Part shown: positions 20,623 through 29,151 of the stretch, one piece after another | Layout: each line of letters opens with the position of its first letter | Position numbering within the stretch: position 1 is the stretch's first letter | Source of the DNA: Pseudobdellovibrionaceae bacterium | GTDB lineage: Bacteria; Bdellovibrionota; Bdellovibrionia; Bdellovibrionales; Bdellovibrionaceae | Length of the DNA: 64,000 nt | Reading direction: 5' to 3' | Assembly (NCBI GenBank): GCA_043747555.1 | Contig: JAYTOY010000047.1 | Coordinates: forward strand, 5,063-69,062 | The notes under the pieces: model-generated | What the model saw: only the letters and a program-made list of their open reading frames with translations | Database searches by the model: none | Told to the model about the DNA's origin: nothing | Program-made: the position numbers and the translations under genes

Positions 20623-21271
20623 CTTCACCGTTTTCGAACGCTCCTTCTAACATTTTATAGTGCAAATGACACGAGCACCTGAGCGAGTACAAAACATCAT
20701 CAAGTTGCTTTTCATCGGTTACCAGCGCCTCGATATACTTTTCCATAAGTTTATTGTGCCCGATATCGACTGTCGCATGTTCCTGCAGGAAAGTTAATGC
20801 AGAGCTTGGAACACCCAATGAACTTAACAATTGCAAATACCCAGGGCCCTGATTTGTCGGCAGAAACTCGAGATGGAAAAGGTAGCCAAGATAGGATATT
20901 GGATTCACAAACTGTATCTGCATCAAAACAAAAGCATTAAACGCAATTGTTGACGGCAAAGGTTTTGTCTTTTCCAATTTTTCTCGGTCGCCACCCAGAA
21001 TCTGTAGATCATTCATAGCTAGAACATCATGGGCAATTTCAGAGATAGCATGTCGATAAAACATACCAACAATTTCTCTGGGATTATTTTTCAAAAACAT
21101 GGTTGCATAGGCCTGAATTTGAGGGTTAATTCCCGCATGGTGATACGTCTCTAACAAAAATCCTTTGTAGTGCTTCAGATTAATATCACCCGCTTGAAGC
21201 CGCAGCATCCAAGGCTTTTTATTAATCAGATCCATTTCTGTCCGCCATGCGGCTTGAATACGCTCGACCAC
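20612..21271 (-). CDS. Heme-oxygenase-like fold, iron-containing redox enzyme family protein (candidate diiron oxidase)
   Basis: ETYHH, SEIAHD, HLEF and EHATVDIGH give a carboxylate/His pattern on four helices. GTG start 7 nt after GGGGG. Confidence 0.6.
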   Translation of the reverse strand: MVERIQAAWRTEMDLINKKPWMLRLQAGDINLKHYKGFLLETYHHAGINPQIQAYATMFLKNNPREIVGMFYRHAISEIAHDVLAMNDLQILGGDREKLEKTKPLPSTIAFNAFVLMQIQFVNPISYLGYLFHLEFLPTNQGPGYLQLLSSLGVPSSALTFLQEHATVDIGHNKLMEKYIEALVTDEKQLDDVLYSLRCSCHLHYKMLEGAFENGEAIF

Positions 21272-21413
21272 CTAGACCCCCTACCGGTTCAGTTTAGCTT
21301 ATATCAAAAGCTATAACTATCAGCAGTTCGTATTTATCAATCAAGGTCCAGTTCTAGTGATAAGTGCTCAATATTCTTAGGATATTTTCCGAAAATAAAG
21401 GGGAGGGAGTTGC

Positions 21414-23609
21414 ATGTTTGATCCGAGGCTAACTAGGCCACATTTTAAATCTGTAATATTCGCATCTTACTTTGAATTGCTCAAAGATAAATATCCACAT
21501 GTGGATATAAAAACATTGATCGAAGAAGCCGGCCTTAGTATCGATTATATTTCGGATGAAAACAGTTGGGTTTCAGTCACTGCTGAAAAGATCATAATGG
21601 ATTTGATTGTTGAAAAAACAAAGAATCGCAATATTTTTTTGATGGCTGGTCAAAGTGGAATTTCACGAACAGGATTAGGCACGGCGATTTACTTTTTAGC
21701 TTCAAATATCATACCCTTAGATTCAATTTACAAATCCCTACCGAAGATGACTGGGCTTCTTAACAAAGTCATCGCAGTTGAAGTTGCTGAATCTAAAAAT
21801 GGATACTTCAAATTCATTTTTAAGCCTAATTTAGCTGACCTCGATGAAGAAGAAGCTGAGCTTCTGATTTCTCGGATGCCCTTAGTGATGGAGAATACAA
21901 AAGGCTATTATTCTTCTTTTCCAACAATAAAAAATCTTCCACCGGCCCAAACAAAAATAGACTTGTTAGATGATAAAACAGGAACTTACTCTATTGAAGT
22001 CACATATTTTTCAAAATCAAAAATTGTAGGCCAATTGGCCACACTTCTTCCATTAACCGTCGGTTTACTTCTGACCTGGATGTTTAAAAATTATTTAAAC
22101 ATCGATACCATGGGCGCCAGTTTTATCTCATGCTCCGTCGTAGCGACATTTCTTTCTGCTTATTTCTATATTAAAACAAGAAAGCTCAAGGGATTTTCAA
22201 TTCAGACAGAAGAGTCTCTCTTTCGCTTAGATCGGCAGTACAAAGATCTTTACGACGCAAAAAGCCAGCTGCAACGAAAACTTGAAGAGTCTCAGGCTAA
22301 CTTTCACCTGGTCTCTCACCTTATTTCAGCTGTTATGGAGGAAGAAGTTCTTCAATTGGGTTGCGAAAGCTTGGTTGAAAATTTAAATTACGATCGAGCT
22401 TTTATTCTTTTGTATGATAAAAAACAAAACTGCTTGAAACTGGCGGCATCCAAAGGTCTGACTCCTGCATTTAAGGAAAGCATTCTTGGGCTGGCGATTC
22501 CTGCGGACATCGATGACAATGATCCCGCAAAATTTACCAATGTCTTTAAAACTAAAAAAGCTCTTTTAGTCAAAGACGTGGGCCAACACATTCTGAAATT
22601 GAAGGACCCAAAAAGTTTACAAATTCTACAAGGCTCAGGAAGTCGATCTTTTGTCGCTGCTTCGATCAGCACCCAATCCTCATCTATTGGAATCCTTGTC
22701 ACTGACTGTATTTCAAGGCGTAAAATTATGACCGAAGATGATCTTCGGATTGTCACCACAGCGGCCCAGCAAATTGCCATTGCTATTGAGCAACAGCGAT
22801 CAAAACAAGAGCTTGTTGACTCTTACCAAAAAGAAATCGAACTCTCAGTTTCGTATTCGCGGTTCGTTCCATTTGAAACGTTAAAACTTCTTAACTACGA
22901 AAATATTGTGGATGTCAAGCTGGGTGACTATGTTGAAGAAAATGTCGCAATCATGTTCAGTGACATTCGAGGCTTTACAACTCTCTGTGAAAATATGACT
23001 CCAAAAGATATTTTGCGATTTCTGAACTCTTACTACGCAAGATTGTCCCCAATTATTAAATCCTTTGAAGGAACCATCGATAAATTTATGGGCGACGGCG
23101 TGATGGCCATTTTTCCAAGCGCCGAGCTTGCATTGAATGCAGCCATTGAAATTCAACGCGCCATCTTGAGATATAATCTTCAACATCGCGTGGGTCATCG
23201 AACGCCCGTCAAAGCTGGCGTTGGCCTCGCCGCAGGTAAAGTTGTCTTCGGACCTTTAGGTTCAGAAAAGCGATTGGAGTTAACGGCCATTTCTGACACT
23301 GTTAATATCGCCTCAAGACTAGATGGTCTTTGTCGCTCCGAGGGTGAAGACATTATGTTCACGGGATTTGACGAAAACACATTAGAAAAATTTCCCCAAT
23401 TAAGTTTTAAAAGATACCAGCCATTAAAGGTCAAAGGTCGCTCCGCCGATCTCGATGTGATCTCTGTTTTGGACGGGAATCTTTTTGATGGAATCGATCA
23501 AACTCACTTTTCTTCGTCACAATTAAATTACCTCAACGCCCAAATATCCCTTTGGCAAAATAAGTTAGATGCCAGCAAAAATATTGAGTCCGCGAAAAAA
23601 ATTGCCTAA
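21414..23609 (+). CDS. Membrane-anchored GAF-domain class III adenylate/guanylate cyclase
   Basis: VAIMFSDIRGFTTL...KFMGDGVMAIF (CHD). A GAF-like region at about aa 320-470, two TM helices at about aa 205-255, and an uncharacterised N-terminal domain. Strong GGGAGGGAG Shine-Dalgarno. Confidence 0.88.
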   Translation: MFDPRLTRPHFKSVIFASYFELLKDKYPHVDIKTLIEEAGLSIDYISDENSWVSVTAEKIIMDLIVEKTKNRNIFLMAGQSGISRTGLGTAIYFLASNIIPLDSIYKSLPKMTGLLNKVIAVEVAESKNGYFKFIFKPNLADLDEEEAELLISRMPLVMENTKGYYSSFPTIKNLPPAQTKIDLLDDKTGTYSIEVTYFSKSKIVGQLATLLPLTVGLLLTWMFKNYLNIDTMGASFISCSVVATFLSAYFYIKTRKLKGFSIQTEESLFRLDRQYKDLYDAKSQLQRKLEESQANFHLVSHLISAVMEEEVLQLGCESLVENLNYDRAFILLYDKKQNCLKLAASKGLTPAFKESILGLAIPADIDDNDPAKFTNVFKTKKALLVKDVGQHILKLKDPKSLQILQGSGSRSFVAASISTQSSSIGILVTDCISRRKIMTEDDLRIVTTAAQQIAIAIEQQRSKQELVDSYQKEIELSVSYSRFVPFETLKLLNYENIVDVKLGDYVEENVAIMFSDIRGFTTLCENMTPKDILRFLNSYYARLSPIIKSFEGTIDKFMGDGVMAIFPSAELALNAAIEIQRAILRYNLQHRVGHRTPVKAGVGLAAGKVVFGPLGSEKRLELTAISDTVNIASRLDGLCRSEGEDIMFTGFDENTLEKFPQLSFKRYQPLKVKGRSADLDVISVLDGNLFDGIDQTHFSSSQLNYLNAQISLWQNKLDASKNIESAKKIA

Positions 23610-23645
23610 GCTGTTAGGACTTGAATAAAAAGGAAGGGTCCTTCA

Positions 23646-24128
23646 GTGCAAAAACTTCTTAGTGTTTCTCTTCTTCTTTTTTTATCCGGTTGCAGCCATT
23701 TTGGAAGCCAGTCTAAAACTGAGTCGCCTTCAGCCTGGTCCGAGGATACCAGAATGGCTCAGGCACAGCTTGAAGCTAAAAAAGATTTAAAAATTCAAGG
23801 GCACATTAATTTTGAACAGATGCCAAATAGCGTGATTATTACATTTCGTATCGAAGGACTTGTTCCAAAGGGCAACTACCAACTTTTTCTTCATCCGGAC
23901 CGAAATTGTGGCAGTGTCGCCATGACGTCAACGGCTTCGATGATATCTTTACGTGCTAACAGTCATGGCATCGCAGAAAATACTTTTAAAATTCAAGATC
24001 TTAAAGTGGCAGGGCCTGCATCGCTTGCAGGTGATATTGTTGTTCTTTCAGTCCTTCCAACAGGATCAAAAAATTTAACGCCTATCGAAGTGGCCTGCGG
24101 CCCCGTCAAGCCCCTTGCTGGAACCTGA
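23646..24128 (+). CDS. Lipoprotein with a Cu/Zn-SOD (SodC)-like fold but degenerate metal ligands
   Basis: Lipobox LFLSGC. GHINFEQ...VIITFRIEGLVPKGNYQLFLHPDRNCG and ...EVACGP mirror SodC (HGFHIHE.G.CG ... ACGVI). The His ligands are mostly absent. Confidence 0.55.
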   Translation: MQKLLSVSLLLFLSGCSHFGSQSKTESPSAWSEDTRMAQAQLEAKKDLKIQGHINFEQMPNSVIITFRIEGLVPKGNYQLFLHPDRNCGSVAMTSTASMISLRANSHGIAENTFKIQDLKVAGPASLAGDIVVLSVLPTGSKNLTPIEVACGPVKPLAGT

Positions 24129-25031
24129 CGATAAGGGCTCTTGGTCTGGGCTCTCACTTAATACCTGTTCCGGTAATTTTGAAAATAACTGCAGGCCAGC
24201 GGCAGCTTCAATTTCAGCCACTGTCGAAAGGTGACTTTTCCAATCTTCAATTGTTTCATTTCCTACTGAAATAACGGGACATTTCGACCTGGGCGTATCT
24301 ATCATCACGCTGCCGTCTTTTAAAGTGTTCGGCATAATCACAGCAATGATAGGCGTGTCTTTAGTGATATCTTTAAATGTCTGATGAGCCTCAAGCACAA
24401 TAATAATTTTAAAATCTTTCGACGGCACTGGAATATCTTTAGAGGGTCCAATTTTTCCAAAATCCTTATCATAGATGGGACCCGCGATGACAAAAACCTT
24501 TTTATTATCCCGCTTAACCAAAGTGCGGGTGTACTGTTCCAAATGTTCCCAGACGATGCGATTTAAATAAGGCGTCTGCGGGATCATATTGCTCATCAAG
24601 AATGTGGCCCGATTGCTGTCAGTTGTATCTGTCCGATCAGCCGAAGGTATTTGGTGACCGCGATCATAACAGCTACCAGAAAACTCTGATGGACTCACAA
24701 CTTGATAGCTTGAATGCGTTTGCTGCAGATACGTTTCTAAATCTTGATCAGCCTGAAAATCATTGGTTCTCCCAGCGCTACCCATGTGCTTGGCTTCCAG
24801 CTTCCAAGCTACCCAGTTCGGGGAGCGGCGCTCTTTATTGTAGGACAAAACGTATTGATCTCGAGAGACTATAATTTCAGCTGAATTGGCGTTCGGTACA
24901 GTGCCAGGAAGATTTAAATTTTTCGAGAGTGGGGGTCCAATAACGACTTCGATTTTTGCCACAGCTACTTCAAAAAGGAAACATGGCAAAATAAGGAGAA
25001 GCAGATTTTGTTTTAGCGCGTTCTTATCCAT
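24075..25031 (-). CDS. Secreted DNA/RNA non-specific endonuclease (Endonuclease_NS/NucA family)
   Basis: Signal peptide. SPNWVAWKL, catalytic DRGHQIP, SNMIPQ. Confidence 0.9.
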   Translation of the reverse strand: MDKNALKQNLLLLILPCFLFEVAVAKIEVVIGPPLSKNLNLPGTVPNANSAEIIVSRDQYVLSYNKERRSPNWVAWKLEAKHMGSAGRTNDFQADQDLETYLQQTHSSYQVVSPSEFSGSCYDRGHQIPSADRTDTTDSNRATFLMSNMIPQTPYLNRIVWEHLEQYTRTLVKRDNKKVFVIAGPIYDKDFGKIGPSKDIPVPSKDFKIIIVLEAHQTFKDITKDTPIIAVIMPNTLKDGSVMIDTPRSKCPVISVGNETIEDWKSHLSTVAEIEAAAGLQLFSKLPEQVLSESPDQEPLSSGSSKGLDGAAGHFDRR

Positions 25032-25217
25032 GGCCCCCCTGTGGATCTGATCACTACATTAACGCTGCCACAAGGTGATCCAAAAAGGATAGGTAATTTT
25101 GGGATAAAAGCTCTTGTGCGCCAAATCAAAATTCTTAAGTTAAAATGGCTAGGAGCAATAAGAAAAAATGGCTTGGAGGAACAGCTTTTTGCATCAATAT
25201 TACGCACTGGAGCTTTT

Positions 25218-25724
25218 ATGTGGCAAAGTTTAGTGCAATTGGATGTCGCACCTTTTAATTTAATCGCGCGAGCGGCCATCGTCTATTTTGCTGTACTGAT
25301 TTTGCTTAGAATTTCTGGCAAAAGGCAGATTGGCCAAATGGGAGCCACGGAATTTGTTTCAGTTCTTCTGATTAGCAATGCCGTTCAAAACTCTATGAAT
25401 GCCGGTGATAATTCGTTGGTCGGCGGGATTTTGGTTGCTGTCGTGATCATTTCCCTTTCGATAGCGATTTCATTTTTGACCTATAAAAGCAAATTTTTTC
25501 AACAACTTTTCGAAGGAACTCCCAGGCTGCTTATTCACGAAGGAAAATACATTGAAAAAGCCCTTCAAAAAGAATTTCTTTCTAAAACTGAAGTGAATGG
25601 ATTGATCCGAAAGCAGGGGCATTCGAATGTCAGCGAAATTAAAGTCGGAGTACTAGAAGCCGACGGCACCTTAAGCCTTATCCGGCATGCTGATTTTAAG
25701 GGCGAGGACTTTAAACCAAGTTAG
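25218..25724 (+). CDS. DUF421 (YetF-like) membrane protein
   Basis: LLRISGKRQIGQMGATEFVSVLLISN. ATG 25218 is preferred over the long ORF-track extension. Confidence 0.78.
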   Translation: MWQSLVQLDVAPFNLIARAAIVYFAVLILLRISGKRQIGQMGATEFVSVLLISNAVQNSMNAGDNSLVGGILVAVVIISLSIAISFLTYKSKFFQQLFEGTPRLLIHEGKYIEKALQKEFLSKTEVNGLIRKQGHSNVSEIKVGVLEADGTLSLIRHADFKGEDFKPS

Positions 25725-26859
25725 TAAATGGTGTGTGCTCCAAATACTGTCGAAACAGTTGTTCAATTTGGATTTTTTCGTGCTCTACATAATCCTGAAT
25801 CGGCAAATTCAGCCGTGGATTTTTGATCCTATGAGCGCTGTAAGTTAAAGTAGGCATAAAACCACGTTGGAACTTGTGCTCTCCTTGGGCGCCAGCTTCA
25901 AATATCTTTAATTTATTTTCAATCGCAAATTCAATTCCCTGATAGTAACAAAGTTCAAAATGCAGTCCCTTATATTCTTCCAAACAGCCCCAGTTTCTAC
26001 CAAATAAGACCGAGCCTTTAAAAAAACAGAGGGCCCCGGCAACACCGACCCCTTCTGAATTGGAGGCCAGCACAAAAAGGATCTGATCTGCCATGTTCGA
26101 AAATATTTTTTGAAAAAAATCTAAAGTTAAATAATCTATGCCTTGCATTTTATCAATCGTGCTTAAGTAAAACTGATACATCAGTTCGGCATGGCAAGGT
26201 TTCAACTGCGACCCTGTCAAACGCTCTATTTTAACTTGGCATTCTGCCACCATGGCCCGTTCGCGACGAATTTCTTTTCGCCTTTTTCCTCGTAAACTTT
26301 CCATAAAGACTTCAAAACTTTTATAGTTCTTATTATGCCAGTGAAATTGAAAACTATGCCGAATAAAAAAACCCGCTTGCGTAAATAGAAGAATATCATC
26401 TTTAGAAATAAACAACGAGTGGTTTGAACTTGCCATGGCTTCCGAGCTGTAACGATCTACAGCTTGCAACAGTGCTGCGCTTGTCTCTGTTTTTAAAGCC
26501 GGCAATAAATCAGCTGCTAATAAAACTTTTGGCCCTGTGGCCGGCGTGAATGGCACAGCCATCACAACCTTTGGGTAGTAAGGCATACCCATCGATTCGT
26601 GGGCTTGGGCCCAGGCAAAATCAAAAATATACTCCCCGTAGCTGTTTGTTTTCAAATAGGCTGTAACTCCGCCAATAAGATCCTCATTTTGCCAAGCCGT
26701 CAAATAAACGGGGTCCCAACCTGTACGAGATCCTAGACACCCGGCCTCTTCTAAGGCCGATAGAAACTGATAACTGGCAAAAGGGAAATTCGGTGGCGTA
26801 ATTTTCGACCAGTCTTTTTCAGAAATTTGGCTTAAGGACTGGAATATTTGAATCTTCAT
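25711..26859 (-). CDS. FemAB-like/DUF482 GNAT-fold acyltransferase
   Basis: MKIQIFQSLSQISEKDW...PFASYQFLSALEEAGC...TGW.P is typical of DUF482. Start uncertain (26859, 26877 or 26913). Confidence 0.75.
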   Translation of the reverse strand: MKIQIFQSLSQISEKDWSKITPPNFPFASYQFLSALEEAGCLGSRTGWDPVYLTAWQNEDLIGGVTAYLKTNSYGEYIFDFAWAQAHESMGMPYYPKVVMAVPFTPATGPKVLLAADLLPALKTETSAALLQAVDRYSSEAMASSNHSLFISKDDILLFTQAGFFIRHSFQFHWHNKNYKSFEVFMESLRGKRRKEIRRERAMVAECQVKIERLTGSQLKPCHAELMYQFYLSTIDKMQGIDYLTLDFFQKIFSNMADQILFVLASNSEGVGVAGALCFFKGSVLFGRNWGCLEEYKGLHFELCYYQGIEFAIENKLKIFEAGAQGEHKFQRGFMPTLTYSAHRIKNPRLNLPIQDYVEHEKIQIEQLFRQYLEHTPFTNLV

Positions 26860-26875
26860 GAGTATAAAATACCCC

Positions 26876-27184
26876 ATGAGCGAATCAGACACTATCTTAA
26901 AACCTGATGTCAAATCGAACGAAGAGACCCATGAACCTAAAATGTACGTTGTGTTACTTCACAATGATTCCTACACCCCAAGAAATTTTGTCGTCGAGTG
27001 CCTTCAACGTTGTTTTCAAAAGGGAATTGAAGAGGCCGAACGAATTATGCTGAAAGCTCACAAAAGTGGCTTGAGTGCTGTGGGAACCTATTCCTATGAA
27101 ATCGCTGAAACCAAGACGGCCATCGGTAATAAATACTCTCATGACCAGGGCTACCTTTTACTTTTTTCAGTCCAGGAAGCGTAA
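26876..27184 (+). CDS. clpS: ATP-dependent Clp protease adaptor ClpS
   Basis: PKMYVVLLHNDSYTPRNFVVECLQRCF...AERIMLKAHKSGLSAVGTYSYEIAETK. Confidence 0.88.
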   Translation: MSESDTILKPDVKSNEETHEPKMYVVLLHNDSYTPRNFVVECLQRCFQKGIEEAERIMLKAHKSGLSAVGTYSYEIAETKTAIGNKYSHDQGYLLLFSVQEA

Positions 27185-27257
27185 AACTTAGATTTATTCC
27201 CCCACTGACAGATGTGTGCTAGTTGCAAGGTTCACATGCGCAGCAAAGGATGTCGGG

Positions 27258-27731
27258 ATGGGGATTTTTAAACGCTTTCTGATTTTGGCAAGCCTCTTAG
27301 GCTTTTGCAGTTGCGCCTTCTGGGGATGTGCAGAATCCACGGATTCAAAGCCGACCTCAAAGATTAAAAACCAATCCGAAATTGAACAAAATCTGGCGGC
27401 GGCTTACAATCTGGAATTTGCGGGCCGGCAAGAAGCTTTTGTGGCACAAACTTTTTGGACAAATCGGACGCAAGCTCATCTTAAAGCAGCCCAAGTCCTT
27501 ATTGAAAAAGCTAAAAATACTTTATCAGAATCGTTAAAAAGTTATTTGCTGACAGAAAGTTTAGCTCATCAAAGTGACGTCGAAATTCGCTGGGATGAAA
27601 GATCTTTGTCAGAGCGAATCGCAGGGGTCAGAGAGCGCCTCAATCTTCTTGAAAACCAACTTTTATTGGTTCAGCTTGAGCGAAGTCAAATAATTCCAGA
27701 CCACAAAAAAGGAGCTTTTTTTGAAAACTAA
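27258..27731 (+). CDS. Hypothetical exported or lipoprotein, helical/coiled-coil
   Basis: N-terminal hydrophobic segment FLILASLLGFCSC. No recognised domain. Overlaps the next gene by 11 nt. Confidence 0.5.
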   Translation: MGIFKRFLILASLLGFCSCAFWGCAESTDSKPTSKIKNQSEIEQNLAAAYNLEFAGRQEAFVAQTFWTNRTQAHLKAAQVLIEKAKNTLSESLKSYLLTESLAHQSDVEIRWDERSLSERIAGVRERLNLLENQLLLVQLERSQIIPDHKKGAFFEN

Positions 27732-28578
27732 ATTTATTTTTGCTTTGGTCCTTTCGAGCGGTCTTAGTTTGTCGGTAGTAACCTCCGCAGCAGCTCCTTC
27801 AAAAATGATTTTAATCAGCGACATTGATGACACGATCAAAGACACTCAAGTTAAACCAGTCGATTTATCAATCGCCGCTGCGGCCTCACAATACTGGCAC
27901 TTGATGACGAGCATTCTAAGCGCAAATAATTCTTTTATTGGAATACCTGCAGTTTATACCGCACTCGCCGCTAATGGCTTTGACATCCACTATGTCACCG
28001 GCGGAATAGAATTCTTCGGAGATCTACCCGAAAGTTTTTTACAATCGAGCGGCTTTCCTCAGGGCCATCTTTGGTTGCGCCCGGATTTATCGGTTCCGAC
28101 CGAAAATTTTAAGATTCTTCAAATTAAAAAAATTATGCTGTCCAACCCGACAGCCCAATTTATCCTGGTCGGCGATAACGGCGAAAAAGATGTGTCGGTT
28201 TATAAAAAACTATATGCCGATCCCAGATTTAAAACACAAATACGGCAAGTTTTTATCCATGATCTTTATCCGAAAAAAATTGGTGAATCTTTATCCTCAG
28301 AACAAAGACCTTTCGTGACGGCCGCCGATTTATCGGTGCAGTTACTTGAGATCGAAGCCCTGACAGAAGGCCAGACCTATCAAGTTTTACAGACCGTGGA
28401 CCAAGGCCTTAACAGCCAGTTTCAGGATATTCAGCGCCGGACTTTTCCATCGACTGGTTCTTTGGATTACAACGATTTAAGAAAGTTACAGCACTCAGAA
28501 GGGCAGATCCAAAATCCGACCCTACGGAGCCTATTTCGAAAGATTATTAAGCAACTTTGGCTGGCAGAACCAATCTAA
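27721..28578 (+). CDS. Secreted App1-like (DUF2183) HAD-type phosphatase
   Basis: Signal peptide. ISDIDDTIKDT (DxDxT) and LVGDNGEKD. TTG start 6 nt after AAGGAG. Confidence 0.68.
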   Translation: MKTKFIFALVLSSGLSLSVVTSAAAPSKMILISDIDDTIKDTQVKPVDLSIAAAASQYWHLMTSILSANNSFIGIPAVYTALAANGFDIHYVTGGIEFFGDLPESFLQSSGFPQGHLWLRPDLSVPTENFKILQIKKIMLSNPTAQFILVGDNGEKDVSVYKKLYADPRFKTQIRQVFIHDLYPKKIGESLSSEQRPFVTAADLSVQLLEIEALTEGQTYQVLQTVDQGLNSQFQDIQRRTFPSTGSLDYNDLRKLQHSEGQIQNPTLRSLFRKIIKQLWLAEPI

Positions 28579-28590
28579 GGGACCGGCGTA

Positions 28591-29151
28591 ATGAAGGCGC
28601 TAAAAAAACGCTGTGGCTGGGCTTCAGACCCCCTTAATCAAACTTATCACGATCAAGAATGGGGCATCCCCGTTCACGACGATGCAATATTTTTTGAATT
28701 TTTAACTTTAGAAGGAGCTCAGGCTGGCCTTTCATGGTTGACCGTCCTAAAAAAGCGCGAAAATTACCGCAAAGCCTTTGCCCAGTTTAACGTTAAAAAA
28801 GTGGCGCGGTTTTCATCAAAAAAAATTGCCGAGTTATTGAAAGATGAAGACCTGATTCGAAATCGCTTAAAAGTAGAATCAACTGTTTCAAATGCAAAAT
28901 GCTTTATTAAAGTACAACAAGAGTTCGGCAGTTTTGATCATTATATTTGGCAATTTGTTGGTCACAAGCCCTTAATTAAAATAAGACAAAACGGCAAGCT
29001 GCCCACTTCAACCCGTGAATCCGATGCCATGAGCTTGGATCTCAAAAAGCGGGGGTTTAGATTTGTTGGCACAACAATTTGTTACGCGTTTATGCAGGCC
29101 TGTGGCCTTGTCGTGGATCACACAGCAGATTGCTATAAAACTAAAATTTAA
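28591..29151 (+). CDS. tag: DNA-3-methyladenine glycosylase I
   Basis: YHDQEWGIPVHDD, LEGAQAGLSW, and a C-terminal Cys/His zinc snap (HTADCY). Confidence 0.93.
   Translation: MKALKKRCGWASDPLNQTYHDQEWGIPVHDDAIFFEFLTLEGAQAGLSWLTVLKKRENYRKAFAQFNVKKVARFSSKKIAELLKDEDLIRNRLKVESTVSNAKCFIKVQQEFGSFDHYIWQFVGHKPLIKIRQNGKLPTSTRESDAMSLDLKKRGFRFVGTTICYAFMQACGLVVDHTADCYKTKI

Noticed and set aside
22388-23434. Minus-strand ORFs of 79-130 aa inside the GAF-cyclase gene
   Set aside because: They are antisense to a continuous, motif-bearing 731-aa gene and have no start-site support.
26857-26878. Divergent start codons of the DUF482 gene and clpS overlapping by 2 nt
   Set aside because: This probably comes from start-codon choice. 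The ClpS N-terminus is variable, and ATG 26876 gives a conventional layout. It cannot be resolved from sequence alone.
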